DNA of 63,471 nucleotides, filler included, from Bonamia ostreae (Eukaryota): NCBI GenBank assembly GCA_040357525.1. It is 30 parts of 30 records of this genome, joined end to end, with 100 filler letters (N's around TTAATTAATTAA, not from the genome) between each part and the next. Parts side by side here need not be neighbours in the genome. Positions count along the whole stretch, not along the records: positions 48,843 to 50,849 come from JBDODL010001127.1; positions 50,950 to 52,955 come from JBDODL010001128.1; positions 53,056 to 55,060 come from JBDODL010001129.1; positions 55,161 to 57,164 come from JBDODL010001130.1; positions 57,265 to 59,267 come from JBDODL010001131.1; positions 59,368 to 61,369 come from JBDODL010001132.1; 24 more parts are not named here. One strand, 5' to 3'. Shown piece by piece: positions 49,316 to 61,469 of this stretch (position 1 is its first letter; each line of letters starts with the position of its first letter). The notes under the pieces were generated by a model. It saw only the letters and a program-made list of their open reading frames with translations, ran no database searches and was not told where the DNA came from. The position numbers and the translations under genes were made by a program.

Positions 49316-50335
49316 ATGCGGCTTTTAAGCGAAAAACACATCGAATTCGTTGTGAATCTCGAAAAAGTTTATTTTTCTAAATTCAGTCGAAAGACCAACA
49401 TTTGGAATACTGTCTGATGGAATACACTCAGTTAAGTGGTTTTTTCTAATCAGCCAAAGTGATTTATTGGTCTTTGATGAGTCTCCACATTCTAAAATCG
49501 GTCGGCAATTTGGACAGAAACAACATCATTTCGTTTGTTCTGCAATGCCAAAACGACGACGGTTTCTTTATTCCTCAAAATCGATAAAGGCGGATTCGCT
49601 GGCTATCCAAACCACGATTCGCACATCCTCCAAACTTTGAGCGCCATCCAAATCTTGCTCATTCTCGGCGCTACGCAAAAACTCGACGTCGAAAAGACCA
49701 CCGATTACATCAAAAACTTGCAAAACGAGGACGGCTCTTTTAAGGGCGACAAATGGGGCGAGGTCGACTCAAAGTTTTCTTATTGCGCCATTTGCGCTCT
49801 CGATCTGATCGGCAATCTGGATTCGCTCGATTTGGAAAAGGCGGCCGAGTTCATCTTGAGCTGCTGCAATTTCGACGCCGGCTTCGGCAATGTGCCCTCC
49901 GGCGAATCCCATTCCGGCCAGATTTTCTGTTGCGTCGCTGCTCTGAGCATCGTCGGCCGTTTGGACAAAGTCGACAAAGACGCTTTGGGACTGTGGCTTA
50001 GCCACAGACAGGTCAGTTCGGGCGGGTTGAATGGCCGTCCGGAGAAGAAAGAGGACGTCTGCTATTCCTGGTGGGTCTTGTCGTCCCTGGATGTCCTGGG
50101 CAAACTCGATTGGGTCGACGAAGACAGCATCAGCGACTTTATTCTGAATTGCCAAGTTTGCGACTGTCAAATCAAGGACTGCGACAACGGAGGAATCGCG
50201 GACAAACCGGGCAATGTTTCGGATGTCTTCCACACGTATTTCGGGTTAGCGGGTTTGGCGCTTTTGGGCAAATTTGGGCTTGAGAAGGTCGATCCCGTCT
50301 ATGCTTTGCCCGTTTCTGTGATTAAAAATAATTAA
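49316..50335 (+). CDS. RABGGTB: Rab geranylgeranyltransferase beta subunit
   Basis: QNEDGSFKGDKWGEVD, ESHSGQIFCC, GGLNGRPEKKEDVCYSWW and DVFHTYFG; introns 49367-49386, 49439-49459, 49562-49589, 50156-50176. Confidence 0.97.
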
Positions 50336-50970
50336 AATTTTCTGTTGTTAAAATAAGAATTGGCTCGTTTTGTTATTGTTGTTTTGGTCAGAATTTTTGT
50401 TGTTTTTCCGTTATAAAAGTTTAAAAATAAATTGGGCGATAAAGCAAAATTTGGTTTTTAGTTTAATGCAACGGAAAGTTATTAAAATTTGCAATTTTTT
50501 CAAAGCGATTTTTAAACCAGCTAAAATCGATAAACAAAGAAAAACGATTTTTTTATGAAAAAAGAATAAAAATCAACAGACGAATATTTGATAACGATCA
50601 CGAATATAATAGCAAACCAAATATGAAGACTTTCAGATTTATTTTTGCAATTCTCATTTTCTTCTCGATCTACGTTTATATCTTTAAAATTCAAGAGAAT
50701 GAGCGTGTTTGACGGGATGAAAAAATCGGTTGACAGAATGAAGGATTCTGTTGGAAAAGGCGTTAGCGTTTTTATTACTAAATAATTAGAAAGTCAAATC
50801 GTTCTCAAAAGAAAAATATGAAACATCTAAACAATTGTTTTTTGTTGAANNNNNNNNNNNNNNNNNNNNNNNNNNNNNNNNNNNNNNNNNNNNTTAATTA
50901 ATTAANNNNNNNNNNNNNNNNNNNNNNNNNNNNNNNNNNNNNNNNNNNNGAATAACCGCAAGTTTAACTC

Positions 50971-52931
50971 ATGAAAATAAAACTCTTTATTATTATTGCA
51001 ACAACAATTCTTCCCAACTCAATAGAAACATCTCAACTCGCGTTTAGATTAATTTAACATCAAGTTCTCGCAATAGGAAGGTTATCTGCAAAAACATCGA
51101 CACCTTTGTCGACAAAAATTCGATATTTGTAACAACACATTCAGAAGGAAATGTTTGTAAGCACTTTGGAGGTGATTATAAAAAATCTGCAAACAGAACA
51201 GCCTGTATAAATACTTTTTGTGGCAACAACCCAAAATATGGATTTTCGGCGTTCAGTGTTACTGATGATGAGTTTTTATTTAAATTTATAGATCGCTCAT
51301 TTTCGGAAACGGGTTGGGTTGCACCAGCAAATTAGAGTTGCACTACTCAAACAATTATTTGAATCAAATAATCTCTAAAGAAAAATTTTTAAAGAATCAT
51401 TGGCTGGACTTTTTTGTATCGAAAATGGACAATGACTTTTTTGTTGAAACGGTGTTGTTAAAAAACGGGAAATTCCAATCAAAAATAAATTCCCACTTGA
51501 TCAGAACAAAAAACGTTAAACATAAAGGAATTAGTGTATTGTTGCCATTGAATTTCAAAAAAAGTAACTATTTGGTGGATAGCGAAGTGCCAAATGCTAC
51601 TTTTTCGGGAAAAGACCATTTTGGATTCAAATTGACATTTACTCCAACTGGAGACGCAGCGGATTTCAAAATAAAAAATTTGAAGGTATGTTCAGAACAC
51701 GTTTTTAATTTGACAAAACCATCAAACTCTTCAAAACAATTGATACAAAACTGTTCCCGGGACTTAAAGCCGTTTATTTCAAAATCTTTGTCGAATATTT
51801 GGGAAACCCAATCTATAAAAATATGTCTACTTGTACCCAAAAGTTACAAAAAAGGAGAACTCTGCGTTCTCACAAATAGCTACAAAACATGCAAAACTTT
51901 AGCGCCCATTTTATTGGAAGAAGATACGAACGAGTGCTTGATTACAAATTGTGCTATTTTCCCTGATCGATTACTAAAAAAGAAAATAATTTACAACCAT
52001 GTCTTGATGACCCCAAAATTAATCTACAAAAAAGAAAACTCTGAATATGAAGCGATCGGAACTGCGAATTTTGTCAGAAAAGAAGAAGGAGATGTTTATT
52101 TTAAGGGAGATTTGCACAAAGGGGTAAAGTACCGATGGATTTTTGTTTCGTCACAAGTTGAATTGTTTCACAAACAGAGACGAAGTATTTTGATGGAATT
52201 AATGACGAGAATTCCCGTTAAAGACAAAAAACCTCTGCAAGTCACAGAAGAGAAAGATTTCCGATCAGTACACCTATTCAGTGCAGACAAATTCAACGAT
52301 TACAATGTAATCGCGTTCACGAACCCAGAACTTTGTGGCATCGACACTATCCTTAAAGTTTTATTTTACAAACATTAGGTTGGATACGAATGCAATTCAA
52401 ATACGAAATCAGACTGCTTGCAACCCTTTTCTGTGGCTAGTTCTAGATGGTGCGATTCAACAATACTGAAAAATAAAGATGGCTTAGTCACTGATAACAG
52501 TTACTTCGAGCAAGTCATAAAGGTTTTCGGGTGCGAGGAAGGATGTGATTGCGGGTATTTGCAAACAGGCGATAAAGTATACGTCGAAGTAACGTTAAAA
52601 AGCGAAGACGAAAAAATCTCAAAAGGTCGATTTGAAATTGATACGGTCATCTTGGAGGGAGACTGCGTGGAAAGTAATTACAAAACATAAATTTGAAGAT
52701 CAAGCTGAAGTTTACCTTTCGGAAAAGAAGAAAACAAGGATTGGTAAAATGGCGAACTTGGAAACGAGAAAAACAAGGATTTGTGAAAACAACCACTTTG
52801 AAATCGCGAAGAACGAAGCCACAGCCGAGTTTGAGTTTGTGCCGCAGATTCCAAGAAGCCGAAACACGTGCGATTTGATTCTGACAGTCATTTCTGCTGA
52901 CTCAGACGGCATTTTTTACATGTCCAAAAAG
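50971..52931 (+). CDS. Large secreted Cys-containing protein, possibly with ZP-like modules; 3' truncated
   Basis: Signal-like MKIKLFIIIATTILPNS; a continuous frame of ~620 codons after removing four 20-25-nt introns. Confidence 0.65.
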
Positions 52932-53270
52932 GTTTTTATTTTCTACAGAAGCAAANNNNNNNNNNNNNNNNNNNNNNNNNNNNNNNNNNNNNNNNNNNNT
53001 TAATTAATTAANNNNNNNNNNNNNNNNNNNNNNNNNNNNNNNNNNNNNNNNNNNNTACAATTTTCACGTTTTTTTTCAATTTTTTCAGTTTGTTTTTTAT
53101 AATTTTTCCATTTTTTATCAATTTTTTTCATTTTGTAATTTTAACAATTTTTTAACAATTTTTGTAATTTTAACGTTTTTTTTTCAATTTGCATCCGAAA
53201 AGCCAAACTATTTTGTTATTGCATCCGACAGAAATTAATGGATTTGAGTTTCAATAAATATTTTTAAATA

Positions 53271-55045
53271 CGAAAAAGATTGCAATTACGACGGCAACAA
53301 CTTTAAAAGTGGATATTTGGTAGAAATGGCTTACGAAAAAAGCTTCAGAACTTTCAATGAAGCTGATTTGGCTTGTTGGCGATCTTCTTGTTGCAACGGA
53401 ATAACGTTTTCGCCTGTTTCTGGCACTTTTTCTATCAGAAAAGGCAAAAAATTGTTAAAAAGCTTTTCGGGCGAAAAAAGCGTACTTAGAATAGGACGTT
53501 AAACTTTTTTGTCAAAATTTTATTTTTTGTTTAATTAATATCGAAATGAACAATTTTTGTTTAATTAATGTCAAAATTTTATTTTTTGTTTAATTAATGT
53601 CGAAATGAACAATTTTTTTGATTAATGTCAAAAATAAAAATCTTTAAAAAATTTGAGCGAAAAATTTGTTTAAAAGCGTCAAAATTGGCTGCTGGAATTC
53701 CCAATACATATTTGGAGGGATTGGCCAAAGACCAAAATATTTATGGAGACATTGAAACTGCTAGCAACGCTTGTTTTCAAGACGAAAGTTGTAACGGAAT
53801 CGTTCAAATTGGCGATTCGTTTAGTTTGAGAAAAGGTACAGAACTTTTAAAAAGTCTATCTAACGAAATCACTTTTTTGAAAATAACTTGCAAAGAAAGG
53901 TTTTCAAGAAATCAATTTATCGTTTAACCGAAAATTGCAAATTTTTAANNNNNNNNNNNNNNNNNNNNNNNNNNNNNNNNNNNNNNNNNNNNNNNNNNNN
54001 NNNNNNNNNNNNNNNNNNNNNNNNNNNNNNNNNNNNNNNNNNNNNNNNTGTTTTTGTAAAAATGGCAAATATTTTTGTTTATCGTTTAACCGAAAATTGC
54101 AAATTTAATGTTTTTGTAAAAATGGCAAATATTTTTGTTTATCGTTTAACCGAAAATTGCAAAAAAAAATTTAAATCATTCGAAAATGGCAAAAATTAGT
54201 AAAAATAATTTGGAAAACACCGTTCTTTTGGTGCGAACAGCTCTGCCACTAAAACAACATTTCCCGGAAAGGGTAAAATGGTTCGCTGCGAGCATTTGCT
54301 CGCTGAAAATGGATCTGTGGGTTATCATCGATGACTCGCAGTTCGAAAGCTCAACCGAAAAGGCCAAAAAAGCTCTAGGAGACGGTATTCGAAATGTTCG
54401 TTGTGCGACAGTGAACAAAAACGACTTTTTCCGAATTTACAAAAAGCAAAATTTTGGTTGTTGTCCTGACAACCCTCTTTATTGTTACCACGCGGAAGCG
54501 GTCAATGTTTGGTATTCAAAATATGTCGAATCGAGTGAGCATTTTAAACAAAAATACCGATATTTTTGGTTTTGGGAAGACGATTTGGCGTTTTCGGGCG
54601 ATGTTTCGAAGTTTTTTGAATTTTATGCGGATTCCGAAGCCGATCTTATCGCGATTAACTACGAAACTTGCGATGTTATTAACTTTTTGTCAAATTTGGA
54701 TTTTCGAGGAAAAATTTGAACAATTCTAAAAAGGAATGGTTTGGAGTTTGGTGTTCAAGACTTGGAGTGAGAAGAAAGGATCTTCGCCAGGGAATTGAAA
54801 TGACGCGGAGAGTGTCCCTGCGTTTGTTATCCGAGTTGCATCGGCGCTCTAAAAGCGGATTGCACGGAATCAGCGAGGTGAGCGTGAACACTACTTGCCA
54901 CACGATGCTGAACGGCAAAGTTGAAATCATCGACAAAAAGTTTTTGGGGAGTACATTAAGTCAAACCGGCCGGGTTTCAAAAAAACAATGGCGGGAATTG
55001 ATGGTTTCTCAGCCGAACAGACTTTTTCATGCAATGAAATGGTGA
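53271..55045 (+). CDS. Putative glycosyltransferase (DUF3405-like) with two N-terminal Cys-containing PAN-like repeats; 5' truncated
   Basis: YRYFWFWEDDLAFSGD, RRVSLRLL...SEV and terminal LFHAMKW; two repeats of AC...CNGI...FSxRKGxxLLKSxSxE. Confidence 0.55.
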
Positions 55046-57387
55046 TGATAAAGTTTTTAANNNNNNNNNNNNNNNNNNNNNNNNNNNNNNNNNNNNNNNN
55101 NNNNTTAATTAATTAANNNNNNNNNNNNNNNNNNNNNNNNNNNNNNNNNNNNNNNNNNNNAGGAGTAAGCATCCACTGCTAACATTTGCATCACTTAGAT
55201 ACAAGAAAAATAAAGCATGTATGAGTAACATTTAAGAGATTTTATTTGATTATTTTCACACCTAAGCTGATGACTTAAATGAGCTGTTTGATTTAGCATT
55301 TTGTATGGCATTCCGCATCTTTTGAAGTCATACATAAATACTAGTGCATATAAGGGTACAAAAATTGAAGGTATATGCTATTAGCATATGTTACAAATTG
55401 TAGTAAATACATGCATACTTATTATACATAAAGAATGAATATCAATTTAAAGAAGATAATAATTTGATAACGGAATCAAACTTCTGTTGGAAATACGAAC
55501 AATAAACATATATTTGCAAATTGCAAAATAGGCATTCAATTTTAAACTCACAAAAGGTTTGATTGGAATAAGAATTTAATACGATTCTTTATTTGAGTTT
55601 GGGGGTGCCAGACTAGATATATATATACCTTTTCAATTCGTCTATATGATTAGGACATAAATAAAATGAATTTCATAATTTGTTCATATCAAACACTGTT
55701 GTACATCCGCTCTAATATCCTCCTTCAAAGTATACAGAGGGAGAGAATATATATCGCCTTATATCTTCACTTTCTCTGGGGTTGAATAACCACAGCTCAA
55801 TTACTTAACATTCAGGTTTTATCAAAGGTATGTGAACTCAAATATACTGAGAGAGAAAAAACAAAACCTGATGTAAGTTAAAAAAACAAAACAATAAAAG
55901 CCCAATATCTACTTATCTCTTAGGCAAAATATGCAGCAGTATGATTCAAGATTGTCTAACTCGATGTGAAGGGTATGGGGTATCCTCTTCCTTCTTCATG
56001 TTCTTAAAACATCGGAATTGGGAAGATTATTGATTTTAGGAATATAAACATCGTTGGAATATATAAGCCCCATTCTTTGGACTTCGAGAAAACCACATCT
56101 TTATCAATTATAATAAAACGAGAAATCGTCCGGTATAAGTTGCCGACCGCTAATCTTCGTATTTTCACTCGCCAAATTTGTTAACGAAGGTCAGCGTCAC
56201 ATGCAACTTGTTATTATGATTGAGCAGGTCTTGGAAGAGTAAATTGAGTTATAGTGCTTTCAACGTACGGTGTTGGCTTTTATGGCTTATAAAAAGCCGG
56301 GTCGTGTTTAATAGAATTTATCTTCAAATGTGTCATAATTTTTTCATCAATATCATTTTTCCAAAACAAGTTAAGTAAAATGATCTAGGCAATAAATAAC
56401 AAACAATGATTATTGCAGACCCAAGATGAAATGCACCTAAAATTAAATCAAGTACAAGGAAGGAAGTTAATACATTATGAAGTTCTTATCAAAAGGGACT
56501 TTCGACTCAGATATAGTCAGCATTTTGGGGCATGTCCATTCAGAGTTGTGGTGCCATTCCAGCCATATCACTATGCGTACATGTACCAACCGGAGGAGAT
56601 CTTCATTTACGCGGAAATGTCATATTCAGATATAGAACGTTTTCAAGGAAAAACTAAAATTATCTGGAACAGGATATAAAGCTAAATATTTCGAATGTGC
56701 AATCAATAACCTATGAATTAGATTGGAATTGTCATTGGAAATGCATTGCTGCTACAAGGGTTCCAACAATCTCGTTTGAAGTCAACACTGCGCAAATTTT
56801 ATGGTCACATACTGCTTTTGACTCCGGATTTCTCGATCTTGATTCCAAAATTTCAAGTTTCCAGTCACAACGTATGGAATGTATTGTTTGTTGACTGATT
56901 GTTCAGAATCAACTTTATTTTCAGTACAGAATCATGGGCGAAGAGAGAATTTTACCAGGAAACTACGATTGATTAAATTTAGATAGATATATTGAATAAA
57001 AACAAATACTGAGCAAGATGTAATTATGATGAATTTTAGCAATTCATGCATATTTATTTTTGGAAGCGTTATAAATCCAACCGATTTGTTTCTTATGTAG
57101 CACCCTGGATCACGCGTACATTGATCGGGTAGATTGTGAAGCGTTATTGCATTTTATTGAAAGTNNNNNNNNNNNNNNNNNNNNNNNNNNNNNNNNNNNN
57201 NNNNNNNNTTAATTAATTAANNNNNNNNNNNNNNNNNNNNNNNNNNNNNNNNNNNNNNNNNNNNTTGAAACCTTAACCTAAAATATTCTAAATCATAAAA
57301 ATAAATTTAAATTAAAAAAAATCGCCAAATATAAAACCAACAAACAAAACATTGTATTAAACTGACCAAATTTAAAAATAAAAAAAG

Positions 57388-57871
57388 ATGATATTACTTT
57401 TTTATCCTGAACAATCCACCGATTTGATTAAAATGATGAACGAACCGAAAGAGATATTTGGATATTTGACTTGGAAATCGACGAAAATGTTGTTTGACAA
57501 CATTCACGGAAAAGTCAAAGATTCGTTTTATCAGAATATTGTAAAATCGTTCGTCGACAATAAAATGTTTTTTGCTATTTTTATTTAAACTAAAATGTTA
57601 TTGCAAATTTAGAAACTCGAGAGAAGCGGATATGTTGTCGGTCGCGATTAATTTAGTTTCTGGAGAAGATTTGAATTTTGAGTTTAGCAAAGTCGTGCTA
57701 AATGTTTTAATAGATTTGATTAGAAATGCAAATTTAATAAAATTAACAAAAATTGATTTTAAAACGAAAAATAAAAAAAATGCAAAATTTGAAATTTTAA
57801 TTAAGAATGAAGAATTGAAAAAGCGATATGCAGATATACATGAGAGATATAACAAAATGCTAAAAAGATAA
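57388..57871 (+). CDS. Small hypothetical multi-exon protein
   Basis: Two ORF segments joinable via GT-AG introns. Confidence 0.4.
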
Positions 57872-57929
57872 ATAAAAATTAGCAAAATATTGTTTTTGAA
57901 ATAATTAATCAAAAATATTTAATTCTGTC

Positions 57930-58905
57930 GATTCTTTCAAAAGTTTTGTCCTTTTTTTGTTATAAATATTTTTTGTAATTTGAATTGCTAAAAACATTTT
58001 TTCATTGAAAAATATTGTTCGTACGTCAATTAAAAATATTAAAAATATTTATTGAATTTGTCTTTCCATTTTTGTTGTAAAATTGAACCGAATTTGCTTT
58101 TGTTAATGCTATCAAGATTTGTTTTCACATCTTTTTGTCTTTTAATTAAATTAAACAACTTTAAAAAATTGTCCAAATTTGAATGTTTTAAAAGACTTTC
58201 GATGACAATATCAATTTTGTCAATTTTTGCCAGAAAATTGACAAAATCTGATTTTTTGGTCGTTTTTAAAATCTCGTAGGGCGATTTTAATTTTGATAAT
58301 ATTTTTGAGCATTGACTGCTTTCACAACAGTGTTTTAAATACTTTTTTTTTTATTTTAGAAAAGCAAAATTTTGTTTTAACATTTAAAATGATATTTTCC
58401 GTGTAAAGATCGTCGCAATCGATTATTTCGTCAAATAAATTTATTGCATTATTGTGAGAATTTTCAAGTTTCGTTCGTCTCAAAAAAAGCTAAAAATTTT
58501 TAATTTTAAACATTTATTATTTTTTTGTTGTGTGGATCTAAAATTATTGGCAATAAATTTTTATAAATTTCGTCTTTTACTCGTTTGGCAATAAAGCTGT
58601 TATTGTTATTTTTTATCATTTTCTTTTTTGAAAAATCAAAATTAAAAATGTTTGTTAAATGATTAAATGGGATTTTGAAAACTTCAATAATTATTTTGCC
58701 CATATTTGTATCAATAATTTTCATAAAATGGTCACAAAATATTTTGAACAACTTTGGTTGAAAAAAATTTTTTTCTGTTATTAAAATAATCAATAAATGA
58801 AGAAGTTTTGAGTTGCCATCCATTTTAAAAAATAGTTTTTCGTCGATTTCATCGAATAGTTTTATAACGTAGCCATATGACATAAAAGCGCGAATCAATT
58901 CTTTG
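57930..58905 (-). CDS. Hypothetical multi-exon protein, 5' truncated
   Basis: ORF 58506-58898 plus downstream exons bounded by GTTT...AG. Confidence 0.4.
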
Positions 58906-58917
58906 ATGTTGGATTTT

Positions 58918-59267
58918 AAAAATTTATTTTACAAAAATTTGTCAATTAAAATCATTTTACAAAAAATTGTTAATTAAAATCGTTTTACAAAAATTTGTCA
59001 ATTAAAATCGTTTTACAAAAATTTGTGAATTAAAATCGTTTTATAAAAATTTGTCAATTAAAATCATTTTACAAAAAATTGTCAATTAAAATCATTTTAT
59101 AAAAAATTGTGAATTAAAATCGTTTTACAAAAATTTGCCAATTAAAATCGTTTTACAAAAATTTGCCAATTAAAATCGTTTTACAAAAATTTGTCAATTA
59201 AAATCATTTTACAAAAAATTGTGAATTAAAATCGTTTTACAAAAATTTGCCAATTAAAATCGTTTTA
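58918..59267. repeat. 28-nt minisatellite, about 12 copies, running off the contig end
   Basis: (AATTAAAATCGTTTTACAAAAATTTGTC)n with no spacers. Confidence 0.95.
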
Positions 59268-59688
59268 NNNNNNNNNNNNNNNNNNNNNNNNNNNNNNNNN
59301 NNNNNNNNNNNTTAATTAATTAANNNNNNNNNNNNNNNNNNNNNNNNNNNNNNNNNNNNNNNNNNNNGGTAAACAGAGTAACTCTTAGACAAAATCATAG
59401 CGCCACTAACAGACCTACTCATAGTTATGAAACCAAAAATACACCACTTGACAAAACGATAGGTAGTATTGGCAAACCAGATCATTTTCACGACCATATA
59501 ATCTGGGAAATACTGACTTTAAGAGAGGTTGTTGAAAACTTGTAACTTCAATTTGTTTGTCTTTTTGTATTACCGAGAAATTCCTAATTTTTCAGGAGCC
59601 AATTTCAAAAAGAAATCCATCAAACATGTGAAATGATATATCTTTGACAAATAGTTTTAGCAATGAATGGACATTTCTAAAATCTTAC

Positions 59689-60267
59689 CCAGTGTGTACC
59701 TTTATCCGTTTGTTTTCATTTTTAGCAATAACGCTTTTCAAGATCTGTTGGAATTGGTCGAACTCTCTCTGATACTCTTCATCCTCTTTAACCTTGAAAT
59801 AAGATTATCCATAGTAATAAGTTTCCATCGAATTTTTAAATTTGAATTATTCATCCTTATCAGGTTTCTTACAATATAAAGCACTAAGAATAATGATTTT
59901 ATTTAAGTAGATTCATCTTTTGTTTTTAGTATTCTTGACACAAGCACTTTAGTATTAATGGAATTTAACTACAATACTCATTATTTCATATTATTTCCTT
60001 TGAAAATCACACATTAATCATTAGTTTATAGACATCCCAAGGGACTAGGAAATTCTCGAATCGGTTATTCACCTCGGTCGCTGCAAATATAAGAATACGG
60101 TTTTCTTCAACGTCTTTCCACGTTTTGCGCAATTTCCCTTTCAATTTCTCAAACACTTCTGACTTCCGTGAGTTTCGTTTCATGGAATCCCACTTGTTCA
60201 GCAAAAATAGTGCATCTATAGGATCGAATCTATGCAATCTGTTCAAGGATATTCTCACACGGTTCAA
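59689..60267 (-). CDS. Dynamin-like GTPase family exons (60073-60267, 59689-59792); host-type contig
   Basis: FDPIDALFLLNKWD (G4-type NKxD); GTGAAT and GTAAGA donors. Confidence 0.55.
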
Positions 60268-60414
60268 TNNNNNNNNNNCACGGTACAATATTTGTACAAG
60301 CTGTAATGAAATTTTACATCATGAAATTATGCTGAATGATATGGATTTTGATTTTCTGTTACTTGAAAATCAATTTTGATACATTACTTCAAATTGATTG
60401 AATTAAAAAAAAAC

Positions 60415-61369
60415 CCAGGTGGCCCATGGGCGACATCGCTCTCCTTAATCACATTGGTCCTTCTCAAACCCAGCTGTTGTGACTTGTAAAAAAAAAATTC
60501 ATTAATTTACTCCCACGACAATTTCAGACCCCATATTGTGGCCCAAATGTTGCCCGAATCTAGCTCCAAAGGATGGAAACTTACTTGAAAATGAATTACC
60601 ATAACACAATGATGTTTTAACATCATTAAAGTTAGAATAGTTTTGTTGTTCTGGACAACACTAAGGTCACATGGTCACCAATCACGATGTGATATGAACG
60701 GCCTAATATAAGAAATATATATACAAAATATTAAAGCTCTACCTTATGCAGTTCAAGGGATTTTGAGTAGGTGAGATTTTTATGATAACTTCCAGGTCAA
60801 GGTCACAATATCTAGCACCAACGTATAACAAAGTCTTGCCCTAAAGAACTCATGTACAGAATATGAAAACTTTTCCTCAAATAGTTCAGAAAATATTGAT
60901 TAGGTCGGATTCTTTAAAAATAGCTCTAGCTCACAAGATCAAACACAAATGTATGACATGTTCTTTTCATAAAGAATATATTCACGAAATATAAACGCCC
61001 TCCTTGAATATTGCCAACGAGAATTTATAGGTTACGTTTTTTTCTACAAATAGGTGAAATTTGAACATTATAAAGTCAAAGGTCATAATAGAAAATCAAA
61101 GGTCGTGGAATTGCCATAAAGAATATACATAGAAATATGAAAACACTGCCTTAAGTACTATAATAGGTAATATTTTTGCTTAAGATGAGATCTAACTTAA
61201 ATGTCGAAAGATGAAACACCATTTTGTCAAAAGCTTTTGCTGGGAAGAATCTATATACAAATATCAAAACCTCTAAAAAATATTTCCGGATATATTTAAC
61301 AGGATGGCTTTACTTTAAAGTAAATCTAGTTCCGTAACAAAGGTTACAAGGTCAATGGTCACACCATGA
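60415..61369. repeat. Degenerate bivalve Helentron/satellite-like element with ~165-nt periodic core
   Basis: Starts GGCCCATGGGCGACATCGCTC; recurring AAGGTCA(C/A)...AAATATGAAA blocks. Family call from recall. Confidence 0.45.
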
Positions 61370-61469
61370 NNNNNNNNNNNNNNNNNNNNNNNNNNNNNNN
61401 NNNNNNNNNNNNNTTAATTAATTAANNNNNNNNNNNNNNNNNNNNNNNNNNNNNNNNNNNNNNNNNNNN

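Noticed and set aside
30563-50335. Apparent lipid/prenylation gene cluster (FPPS, PCYT1, DPM1, RABGGTB)
   Set aside because: The genes lie on separate size-sorted contigs, so adjacency is artificial.
58918-59267. 28-nt repeat array as a CRISPR candidate (also 24460-24762 and 47590-47800)
   Set aside because: Units are contiguous with no unique spacers, there are no cas genes, and the context is eukaryotic.
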